In this document: in pieces, positions 36,262 through 45,460 of the stretch
Position numbering within the stretch: position 1 is the stretch's first letter
How the letters are laid out: every line of letters starts with the position of its first letter
Virus record (IMG/VR): IMGVR_UViG_3300000439_000004
Location: 32,001 to 96,000 of that record
Length of the DNA: 64,000 bases
Direction: 5' to 3' (one strand)
Origin: a virus
Lineage: Duplodnaviria; Caudoviricetes
Position numbers and translations under genes: made by a program
The notes under the pieces: generated by a model
The model's input: the letters and a program-made list of their open reading frames with translations, nothing else
Told to the model about the DNA's origin: nothing
The model's database searches: none

Positions 36262-38604
36262 ATGAATAGTAAAATAGAACAATTAAAGGAGTATGCTAGA
36301 ATAATTAAAGATACCCCTTACGCATTAAGAACATATCTTCAGACATATGATAACACGCAAAAGAAATATGTACCAATGGATTTGTTTCAGGATCAAATCC
36401 AATTGATAGAAGATTATGAAAATTACAACGAAAATATTACGAGAAAATATCGTCAGGCTGGGGTTACTACTGTAACTGCGGCATGGTTATCTAAAAAACT
36501 ACAATTAGCAAAACCTGAAAACCCTGAAAGAGTTCTTCTTATTGCAAATAAACGTGATACTGCCGTGGAAATGGCAAATAAGATAAGAAACTTTTTAGAC
36601 CAATGGCCATCATGGATAAATGTTGGTTTTTCACCTGATAAGAATTCTGAAAGTAGATTTAAATTAAATAATGGTTGTGAGGTTAAAGCGGTTGCAACAT
36701 CTCCCGATGCGTTACGTGGTTATACACCAACAATACTTGTATTTGATGAGGCTGCGTATATTGAAGCCGGTGAGGACTTTTGGTCAGCATCAATGGCATC
36801 CCTTTCAACAGGTGGTAAGATTATATTAATATCTTGTGTTACAAAAGATACATATGTTTTTACAAAAAATGGTTTAGAACAAGTGTCCGATTTTATAGAC
36901 GAAAATAAAACTATTGGTGATGGTTATATTGTTGATGATTATGAAATATTAGGAAAAGATAAAGTACGAAAATCTAACTTAATGTTAAATAACGGTAAAC
37001 AAAAAACATTAAAAATACATACTGTTAATTCAATTTTAGAAGGTACTGAAACACATAAAGTATGGGGTTTTTCTAATGAATTAAATAAATATGATTGGTA
37101 TAAATTATCCGAATTAAAAATTAACGATTATATCAATGTAAATTTTGGTATGAACATGTGGGGTAATCAAGATGAAATTAATTTTGAATATGATCCATCA
37201 AATAAAGAACATAATATTTTTAATCCGGGTAATAAAATAACAAAAGAATTATCATATTTTTTAGGATTATTTATTGCTGAGGGTTCAACATATAAAAAAT
37301 TAGATGAGAATGGTAAACATATTGGGAGTTCGATTACAATTACTTGTGGTGATGATATAAGTGAATATATTAAATCAATAGGTTTAACCTTTTCATCCCA
37401 CGATAATTTACACTATACCATTGGATCAAAAAGTTTTTATAGTTTTTTAGAATATATTGGATTTGATTTAAATTTAAAAGCAAATCAAAAAATTATTCCA
37501 AAAAGATTATTAAAGATGAGTAAAGAAAATATAAAATTTTTAATAAGAGGGATATATGATGGTGACGGTTATGTTGATAAAATTAGAGGTAGGGTTGGAA
37601 TTGGCTTATCGTCTGCGGAATTGATAAACCAATTACGTATGTTACTTATTAATTTTGGTATTTTAACTGATTTTAATATTATGAATACAAAACCAACCAA
37701 AAAAGTAAAAGTATTTTCTGTTAATTATAGAATTGTTTCAGATTCGATTAACTCCAAAATATTCTTTGATGAAATTGGTTTTAATTTTGAACGTAAATCA
37801 AAATATTATTTTTTACACGAAAATAAAGATATTAATTATAATAACCCAAAAGATATTATTCCAAATGGTTCTAAATTAATAAAAGAAATTTTAGTTAAAA
37901 ACAATTTAAAAAGAAAAAATTTAGATAAAAAATTTAAAAAAATTTATGATGATAATTTAAGAAAAAAAAATATTTCAAGAAAAACATTTAAAGATTTTAT
38001 TGATTATTTTATTTTAAATAATTATGTGGTTAATGATATTGATAAAATTTATTTTGAAAATTCAAAATGGGTATCAATAAAAAAAATAGAAGAGAATGAA
38101 AACGAAACCTATGATTTTTCTTTATATAATGATGATTCTGATTTTTGGTGTCATTCTATCATTTATAATGGTATTTTAGGTCACCAAACACCAAATGGTT
38201 ATGACCCAATATATTATGGTGTTTATGACCAAGCAATTCGTAAAATAAATGATTTCCATATTACCGATTTAAGATGGTTTAAAGATCCTCGTTATACAAA
38301 AGATTTAAGATGGGTTAAATGTACTGATATTGTTCATTATATGTTAAATCGTGAATTATATAATGATGATGAAATTGTTTTATATGATTATGATATTGAA
38401 AAATATGTTGAATATATTGAGGATGGATATAAACCATTTTCAAGTTGGTTTGAATCAATGTCAAAGAAGTTCAAATATGACAAAAGAAAGATTGCACAGG
38501 AGTTGGAGTGCTTATCAAAAAACACAATTATAACCGTTAAAGATAAACAAACAGGAGAAATAAAAAAAATGAAAATTGGTGAACTTTATAATGAATTAAA
38601 ATAA
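36262..38604 (+). CDS. gp17: Terminase large subunit, N part, with a cis LAGLIDADG intein (36835-38187) and a terminal 31-aa N-intein (38509-38601)
   Basis: KYRQAGVTT, LVFDEAA, IS/C...GHQ/TPNG, QELE/CLSKNT. Confidence 0.92.
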   Translation: MNSKIEQLKEYARIIKDTPYALRTYLQTYDNTQKKYVPMDLFQDQIQLIEDYENYNENITRKYRQAGVTTVTAAWLSKKLQLAKPENPERVLLIANKRDTAVEMANKIRNFLDQWPSWINVGFSPDKNSESRFKLNNGCEVKAVATSPDALRGYTPTILVFDEAAYIEAGEDFWSASMASLSTGGKIILISCVTKDTYVFTKNGLEQVSDFIDENKTIGDGYIVDDYEILGKDKVRKSNLMLNNGKQKTLKIHTVNSILEGTETHKVWGFSNELNKYDWYKLSELKINDYINVNFGMNMWGNQDEINFEYDPSNKEHNIFNPGNKITKELSYFLGLFIAEGSTYKKLDENGKHIGSSITITCGDDISEYIKSIGLTFSSHDNLHYTIGSKSFYSFLEYIGFDLNLKANQKIIPKRLLKMSKENIKFLIRGIYDGDGYVDKIRGRVGIGLSSAELINQLRMLLINFGILTDFNIMNTKPTKKVKVFSVNYRIVSDSINSKIFFDEIGFNFERKSKYYFLHENKDINYNNPKDIIPNGSKLIKEILVKNNLKRKNLDKKFKKIYDDNLRKKNISRKTFKDFIDYFILNNYVVNDIDKIYFENSKWVSIKKIEENENETYDFSLYNDDSDFWCHSIIYNGILGHQTPNGYDPIYYGVYDQAIRKINDFHITDLRWFKDPRYTKDLRWVKCTDIVHYMLNRELYNDDEIVLYDYDIEKYVEYIEDGYKPFSSWFESMSKKFKYDKRKIAQELECLSKNTIITVKDKQTGEIKKMKIGELYNELK

Positions 38605-38790
38605 TTGAATTTGATGGGATTTATTGGCATAGAAATTCAAAAGAAAAAGATGAAATAAGAGATGTAACCTATAAAAATTTAGGATATCAGATATTAATCA
38701 TAAGTGAAAATGATTTAATAGATAAAAAAAATAAAATTAGTGATGAATTAATTAGTAAATGTGTAAATTTTATAAAAAATGAAAATAAAT
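38605..38790 (+). pseudogene. Remnant of a Vsr/DUF559-like endonuclease between split terminase halves
   Basis: Startless frame IEFDGIYWH...GYQILIISEND...KCVNFIK. Confidence 0.7.
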
Positions 38791-39978
38791 AATAAATACG
38801 AAATATTAACACCAAATGGTTTTGAAGATTTTGATGGTGTACAAAAATTAAAAAAGAAAACGATTGAAATATTTTTTAATAATGATTTAAATCTTAGAGG
38901 ATCATTTAATCATCAAATATATGATTATGATGGAAAACCAATTAAATTATCAAACATAAAAATTGGTGATAAAATCAAATCACATAATGGATTTTTAATA
39001 GTAAAAGACGTAAAGAAACATTATAATAAAACAAATGTTTTTGATATTATTAATTCAGGTAAAGACCATCTTTTTTATTCAAATGATATTATTTCACATA
39101 ATTGTGATTTCTTAGGTTCAGGTGATGGTGTGATTTCTAGTGATATTCAAGAGAATATTAGAAAAAACATGATTAGAGTACCAAATGAAAAATATATGAC
39201 AGGTACTTTATGGCAATGGAAAGAACCAATTGAAGGTCATAGATATATAATGGGTGTGGATGTTAGTAGTGGTCAAAGTGATGACTTTTCATCATTTAAT
39301 ATTATTGATTTTGATGATAGAGAACAAGTAATGGAATATATCGGTAAAATACCACCAGATGATTTGGCATCAGTAGTATATAAATGGGCAATATTATATA
39401 ATGCATTTATTGTTGTTGATATTACAGGTGGATGGGGTGGTGGAACTTCCAAAAAACTTAAAGATATGAATTATAAAAACTTATATTATGAGGGTGTAAA
39501 CACTCAGAATATTTGGGATTATAATGCAAAGGCAATGGAAAAATTACCGGGTATTAATTTCAATAATAAACGTGTTCAAATTGTATCTGCATTTGAAGAA
39601 CAATTAAGAAAAGGATTTATTGTAAGGTCATCAAGATTATTAAATGAACTGAATACATTTGTTTATATGAATGGTAGACCTGATCATATGAAAGGTGCAC
39701 ATGATGATGCAATTATGAGTATGTCAATTGCAATGTATGCTGGTGATATTTGTTTTAACCAATTACAAAGAACTGAACAAGTTAATAAGGCTATGATGGA
39801 ATCATGGACAATGAGTGAAAGAACATATGAACCACAAAGATCATTATATTCTTATGGTGGTTCTTTTGATCAAATTAGTGGTATGTATATGGATAATTCA
39901 CAATATGGTAATGGTTTTAATTCACCAACATTAGACCAATATAAGGAAAACGCATGGTTATTTGGTAAACAAAGATAA
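38779..39978 (+). CDS. gp17: Terminase large subunit, C (nuclease) part, preceded by a 108-aa C-intein (38779-39102)
   Basis: YEILTPNGF...FYSNDIISHN/CDFLGSG; MGVDVSSG, HDDAIM motifs. Confidence 0.92.
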   Translation: MKINNKYEILTPNGFEDFDGVQKLKKKTIEIFFNNDLNLRGSFNHQIYDYDGKPIKLSNIKIGDKIKSHNGFLIVKDVKKHYNKTNVFDIINSGKDHLFYSNDIISHNCDFLGSGDGVISSDIQENIRKNMIRVPNEKYMTGTLWQWKEPIEGHRYIMGVDVSSGQSDDFSSFNIIDFDDREQVMEYIGKIPPDDLASVVYKWAILYNAFIVVDITGGWGGGTSKKLKDMNYKNLYYEGVNTQNIWDYNAKAMEKLPGINFNNKRVQIVSAFEEQLRKGFIVRSSRLLNELNTFVYMNGRPDHMKGAHDDAIMSMSIAMYAGDICFNQLQRTEQVNKAMMESWTMSERTYEPQRSLYSYGGSFDQISGMYMDNSQYGNGFNSPTLDQYKENAWLFGKQR

Positions 39979-40031
39979 ACCTTTATTAATCATTAAAAAA
40001 GATTTATATTAATAGAAAAGTATTTATATAT

Positions 40032-43000
40032 ATGGCAGAACAAAATAACATGACAGTATTTCAGAAATTAACTAGAATGTTTGGTTATCCCGGTCAAACT
40101 AAATCAGACGAGAAACCGGTATCACCTTCGTTTAATTTCTCAAAAGATGAATTATTAAAAACAAATAGTAGGGAAGAATTTGAAACGGCATTATTACAAT
40201 CACAACAAAGTAATTATATTGCCGATAAATGGTCAAAATTAGATCAATCAATTTATAATCAATCAATCTATTATGAACCAAATAGAATATCTGCATATTA
40301 TGATTACGAATCTATGGAATTTTGTTTGGCTGGTGATACAAAAATTGCAACTCCAAACGGTTTTATAACAATTAAGGAATTATCGGATATGGGTAAAGAT
40401 CATGAATTTATTGTTTATTCATATGACCATAATTTAAAAAAAGTTGTACCTGCATGGGCACGAAATGCTCATCATACAAGAGATGAAATGACATATAAAG
40501 TTATTTTTGATGATGGGACACATATTATTGGTACATATGATCATAGACTTATGAAAAGAGATGGTTCATTTAGTAGAATTTCTGAATTAAAACCTGGAGA
40601 TTCTATGATGCCATTTTATAGAAAATCTTTTTATAATAATAAAAAATATAATTGGGTTTATGTATGTAATTCAAATGAGGGTCATAATGGGTGGATTTCT
40701 GAACATAATTTAATTGCTGAATGGTTTTATGAAAGAAAAATAGAAAAAACTGAAGAAGTTCATCATTTAGATTTTAATGGTAAAAATAATTTACCTGAAA
40801 ATTTAAAAATTATGGATATTAATGAACATCGCTCATATCATGCAAAATTAAATAATGAAAAATTATGGTCAAATCCAGATTTTAGACAAAAAATGTCTGA
40901 AGTTGCCAAAAGAAAAGGTAAATTAAGTTGGAATGGAAAAAGAAGTGGTAAAAATAATCCCGCTTATTTTCATATGCCTTTTGATTTGATAACAGAAACC
41001 GCTAAAAAATGTAAAACATTAAAAGGAACGTCAAAAGCATTAAATATTGCACATACAAAATTACAGAGAGAAATAATGTGGGCTGGATATAAGGATTGGT
41101 CAACATTTTGTGACGCTTATGGTATTGAAAAATCAAAATATTCAACAGCAAAGGTAAAAGGAGATAATTATGTTTTAAATCATAAAGTAGTTTCGATTGA
41201 GCAGTATAAGATTATTCCGGTATATGATTTAACTGTTCCAGGGTATAAAAATTTTGCAACTGATACTATTTTTTCACATAATACGCCAGAAATATCTGCA
41301 GCGTTAGACATATATGCAGAGGAATCTACAACAATGTCTGAAAAAGGTGAAATTCTTACAATTTATTCCGAATCAAAAAGAGTTAAACATATACTTGAGG
41401 ATTTATTTAATACAAGATTAGATATTAATACAAACCTACAAATGTGGGCAAGGGGATTGTGTAAATATGGAGATGATTTTGTTTACTTAAAAATAGACCC
41501 TGAAAAAGGAATTGTGGGTTGTCAACAATTACCAAACGTTGAAATAGAAAGAGTTGAGGGGGCTTCATCTAAATCCCCACAACAAATGGATAATAGGGTA
41601 CCAACTAGAGAACTAAGATTTATGTGGAAAAATAAAGATTTAGAGTTTCAATCGTGGGAAATTGGTCATTTTAGATTATTAGGCGATGATAGAAAATTAC
41701 CATATGGTACTTGTTTAAAGTATAATACTAGAATTGAAACTGAAAATGGTTATTCTGAAATACAAAATATAAAAATCGGTGATTTGGTTTGGTCATTCGA
41801 CACTATTACACAAACGAAAGTTTTATCAAAAGTATTAGATACAGTAAATTCTGGTATTAAAAAAACATATAAAATTTCAACTAAAAATAATTTTATTGAT
41901 GTTTCTAAAGAACATAAGGTATTATATTATAACACTAATAGTAAAAATTTTGAATATAAAAACACCTTAGAATTTAAAATTGGTGATTTATTGGTGATTA
42001 ATAAGACAAACAAATATAACGTTAATACAATAATAGATAAAACAAAACCAATAAATAACAATAATGGGTATTGGAATAATATAGATTGTGTACCAAATGT
42101 TGTGACTCCTGAATTTGCAGAACTATTTGGTTATTTAATAGGAGATGGTTGGATAAGTAATAATGCTGTTTATATTGCTCTTTCCGAACACAAAACAATT
42201 AATGAAAAATATGTTAAATATTTGGAAGATTTTAGTGGAAAATCAATTAAATTTCATGGTGGTGAAAATAACACTTCTCAAGGTGTTTGTAATTCTAAAA
42301 TGTTGAAAGAAATTTTAATACAATTAGGATTTTCAGGTAAGTTTAACGAAAAAAGAATACCAAAATGGGTTTATTCATCGTCATATGATGTTCGTAAATC
42401 ATTACTTAATGGTATTATTGATTCTGATGGTAGTTTGTTTATTGATAAATGGAATTGTTTACGTTATAATATTGAACTTTCAAATGAAGAATTAATATAT
42501 GATATTAAAATTTTGGTACAATCGTTAGGTTATAAAAGTGGTAAAATATCATCAAGATTACGTAATGGTGGTAAAATTGGTGATAGAATGTTCAAAACTC
42601 AAAGTGAATCGTTTTATTTTTATTTTTATGAATCAATATTATCACAAAAAAAGAAATACGATATACAAAATAGATTAAATGATGATTTTATTATTGAACC
42701 AATCGTTTCAATTGAAGATTCTGGCGAACATGAGACATATGATATTTTTGTTGAAAACAATAACCATAATTTTTATGCAAACGGGATTGTTGTTCATAAT
42801 TCAATGTTAGATAAAATTAGAAGAATTTGGAAACAACTTTTATTAGCGGAAGATGCTATGTTAATTTATAGAACATCTAGAGCACCTGAAAGACGTGTAT
42901 TTAAAATATTTGTAGGTAATATGGATGATAAAGATATTGAACCATATGTACAACGTGTTGCAAATAAATTTAAAAGACAACCTATTTCCGATCCAACAAA

Positions 43001-43895
43001 TGGTCAAGTTGATATGAGATATAATCAAATGGCGGTTGACCAAGATTATTTCGTTCCTGTTCGTGACCCAGCACAAACAATGCCAATTGAAACATTACCA
43101 GGTGCACAAAACTTAGGTGAAATTGCCGATATTGAATATATCCAAAAGAAAATGTTAGCTGCTTTACGTATACCTAAAGCGTTTTTGGGTTTTGAGGAAG
43201 TTGTTGGTGATGGTAAAAACTTAGCCTTAATGGATATTCGTTTTGCAAGAACTATCAATAAAATACAAAAATCTTTAATACAAGAATTAAATAAGATTGC
43301 ATTAATCCATTTATATCTATTAGGTTTAGAAGATGAATTAAATGAGTTTAGTTTATCGTTGACAAACCCATCAGCACAATCTGATTTATTGAGATTAGAA
43401 CAATGGAAAGAAAAAATTACATTATATAAAGATGCAACATCCGATCAATCTCAAATGGGTATATTACCAGTATCTCACACATGGGCTAAGAAAAATATCT
43501 TGGGTATGAGTGATAATGAGGTGATTTTAGATTTACAACAACAACGTTTAGAAAGAGCAATTGGATTTGAATTAACAAATACACAATTAATTATTAAACG
43601 TTCTGGTGTGTTTGATGAGATTGATTCTAAATATGGTATACCGGAAGAAGAAAGAGAAAAAATTGAAGCTCAAGGTGGTGGTGAAGCTCCGGGAGGAGGT
43701 GGAGGACCAATGGGTGGTGGTGGTGCACCTCCGGCAGGTGGAGGTGGTGAAGGACCATTAAGTGAATCAAAAAAACATAAAATATTAGGTATGTTGGGAG
43801 AAAGTGAAAATTTTTCTGATCTTTTTAATATGGAAAAGGCACAACAGAATATTTATGAAATAGAAACAAAAATAAAAGATATATTAAATGATTAA
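40032..43895 (+). CDS. gp20: Portal protein (gp20-like) with two inteins (40323-41282 HNH-type; 41712-42800 LAGLIDADG-type)
   Basis: PEISAALDIYAEE, EDAMLIYRTSRAPERRVF, TLPGAQNL, DIRFARTI; C...HN/T and C...HN/S junctions. Confidence 0.95.
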   Translation: MAEQNNMTVFQKLTRMFGYPGQTKSDEKPVSPSFNFSKDELLKTNSREEFETALLQSQQSNYIADKWSKLDQSIYNQSIYYEPNRISAYYDYESMEFCLAGDTKIATPNGFITIKELSDMGKDHEFIVYSYDHNLKKVVPAWARNAHHTRDEMTYKVIFDDGTHIIGTYDHRLMKRDGSFSRISELKPGDSMMPFYRKSFYNNKKYNWVYVCNSNEGHNGWISEHNLIAEWFYERKIEKTEEVHHLDFNGKNNLPENLKIMDINEHRSYHAKLNNEKLWSNPDFRQKMSEVAKRKGKLSWNGKRSGKNNPAYFHMPFDLITETAKKCKTLKGTSKALNIAHTKLQREIMWAGYKDWSTFCDAYGIEKSKYSTAKVKGDNYVLNHKVVSIEQYKIIPVYDLTVPGYKNFATDTIFSHNTPEISAALDIYAEESTTMSEKGEILTIYSESKRVKHILEDLFNTRLDINTNLQMWARGLCKYGDDFVYLKIDPEKGIVGCQQLPNVEIERVEGASSKSPQQMDNRVPTRELRFMWKNKDLEFQSWEIGHFRLLGDDRKLPYGTCLKYNTRIETENGYSEIQNIKIGDLVWSFDTITQTKVLSKVLDTVNSGIKKTYKISTKNNFIDVSKEHKVLYYNTNSKNFEYKNTLEFKIGDLLVINKTNKYNVNTIIDKTKPINNNNGYWNNIDCVPNVVTPEFAELFGYLIGDGWISNNAVYIALSEHKTINEKYVKYLEDFSGKSIKFHGGENNTSQGVCNSKMLKEILIQLGFSGKFNEKRIPKWVYSSSYDVRKSLLNGIIDSDGSLFIDKWNCLRYNIELSNEELIYDIKILVQSLGYKSGKISSRLRNGGKIGDRMFKTQSESFYFYFYESILSQKKKYDIQNRLNDDFIIEPIVSIEDSGEHETYDIFVENNNHNFYANGIVVHNSMLDKIRRIWKQLLLAEDAMLIYRTSRAPERRVFKIFVGNMDDKDIEPYVQRVANKFKRQPISDPTNGQVDMRYNQMAVDQDYFVPVRDPAQTMPIETLPGAQNLGEIADIEYIQKKMLAALRIPKAFLGFEEVVGDGKNLALMDIRFARTINKIQKSLIQELNKIALIHLYLLGLEDELNEFSLSLTNPSAQSDLLRLEQWKEKITLYKDATSDQSQMGILPVSHTWAKKNILGMSDNEVILDLQQQRLERAIGFELTNTQLIIKRSGVFDEIDSKYGIPEEEREKIEAQGGGEAPGGGGGPMGGGGAPPAGGGGEGPLSESKKHKILGMLGESENFSDLFNMEKAQQNIYEIETKIKDILND

Positions 43896-44637
43896 TAAAA
43901 TGAAAAAATTTGGTGATATAAAATCAAAAATGTTAACTAAGTTAACTGAATCTTATTCTAAACAAAATAAAGAAGAAATAAAATCAATATTAAATTTGAT
44001 TAAAGAAAATAAAGATTTTAAAGAACTTTATTTATTTTACGAAGAAATAGAAAATAAACATTTTGAAGATAAAGAAGTTGCTCAATTATATGTTGAACAA
44101 ATTGGTTCAATGTTAAAGGAAAGAAAACCTTTGGATGGTAAATTTATTAATAAATTATCATCGGTATTAAAAGATGTTGAAATTAATGAAAATGAAATTT
44201 ATAATAGTTTAGATATATTATGTGAGGAAGATTCATTATTAAACATTGATAAAAAAGTAATATCAAAGAAAAAACTTGTAGACTATTTATTAATTAAGAA
44301 AAATGTTGTTGAAAATACCGGTATAAAATATGTTCAAAACGAAACTTTATTACACTCAGTTTTAGCAAATAATTTTAATGTACTTTATGATAACACGTTG
44401 AGCGAAAGCGAAAAAGATGAATTAAAAACTATTTTATCCTTATCACAAGAAGAATTAACAAACAAAACTACTGAATTAAAAGAATCTATTAATTTACAAA
44501 TTGAAAATTTATTAAAAGAATCATCTACTGACGAATTAAAAAACTCACTTGATAAAGTGAAGGAAGAAATTAAAACGATGGATACATCGAAACATAATTA
44601 TTACAGATTAACACAATTAAAAAATGGTCTTATTTAA
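43888..44637 (+). CDS. Hypothetical coiled-coil protein
   Basis: 249 aa ORF after portal. Confidence 0.7.
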   Translation: MINKMKKFGDIKSKMLTKLTESYSKQNKEEIKSILNLIKENKDFKELYLFYEEIENKHFEDKEVAQLYVEQIGSMLKERKPLDGKFINKLSSVLKDVEINENEIYNSLDILCEEDSLLNIDKKVISKKKLVDYLLIKKNVVENTGIKYVQNETLLHSVLANNFNVLYDNTLSESEKDELKTILSLSQEELTNKTTELKESINLQIENLLKESSTDELKNSLDKVKEEIKTMDTSKHNYYRLTQLKNGLI

Positions 44638-44821
44638 GACCATTTTTTATTTTCTCAGTATGTATTGCCCTTAACTTACTATCTCTCTTTTCAACAGAAG
44701 GTTTAATATATTCCTTTCTATTTTTTAAATCCTGAAGTTGTCTTGTCTTTTGAACTTTTTGTTTATAAGTTCTCAATGCAGCATCAATACTTTTTTCTTT
44801 TGTTACGTCAATTATAATCAT
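44630..44821 (-). CDS. rpsU: Ribosomal protein bS21
   Basis: MIIIDV...SIDAALRTYKQKV...RKEYIKPSVEKR; start at 44821 after a TATATTTG promoter. Confidence 0.88.
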   Translation of the reverse strand: MIIIDVTKEKSIDAALRTYKQKVQKTRQLQDLKNRKEYIKPSVEKRDSKLRAIHTEKIKNGLK

Positions 44822-44926
44822 AATATAAATAATTACTGCAAATATAATAATAAATTTTGTACTATGAAATATTTTGTTTAAATTTATTATTAACAATAAA
44901 CAGAATATAAAATATGTGTAAAATTA

Positions 44927-45349
44927 ATGAAGACAGGAAAGTATATACCTTTAGGGTATTATAATAACGTAAAGATAGGTTATGGTACAGTAGACTTTAA
45001 GAACTTAAAAACAATTTATTTATCCTTTAATGCATGGGTACAACCAGAAGAAATGGAAGATTTTGATAGTTGTATTTTTAAAACAAGAAGAAGAGTAAAA
45101 GAATACATTGGAGACTTACAAGATAAATATTTTAAACAACAATGTATTGTAGATTTGGATGTGAGGACTAAAGGAATAAAATTAGAAAAAAGATCTTTTA
45201 TGGATTTGGAAATAACTTTATTTGTTAATTCACATTTTGATGTTAAATCAAAAGACACAAAAAATAAAATCAAAAATATCTTAGAATCCGTTATTGACAA
45301 TAGTTTTAGCGATAAAAAATTGTTCAATTTTCATAAAACTAAGAAATAA
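44927..45349 (+). CDS. Hypothetical protein
   Basis: 140 aa ORF. Confidence 0.7.
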   Translation: MKTGKYIPLGYYNNVKIGYGTVDFKNLKTIYLSFNAWVQPEEMEDFDSCIFKTRRRVKEYIGDLQDKYFKQQCIVDLDVRTKGIKLEKRSFMDLEITLFVNSHFDVKSKDTKNKIKNILESVIDNSFSDKKLFNFHKTKK

Positions 45350-45460
45350 TAAGAATATCGACATATTTATAGTAATAACAAACTATAAATGAAGGTATTA
45401 AAAGAAAAAAGATTATCTGCTAATGGGTATAAATGGAAATATTCTAATATTTATTAGGAT

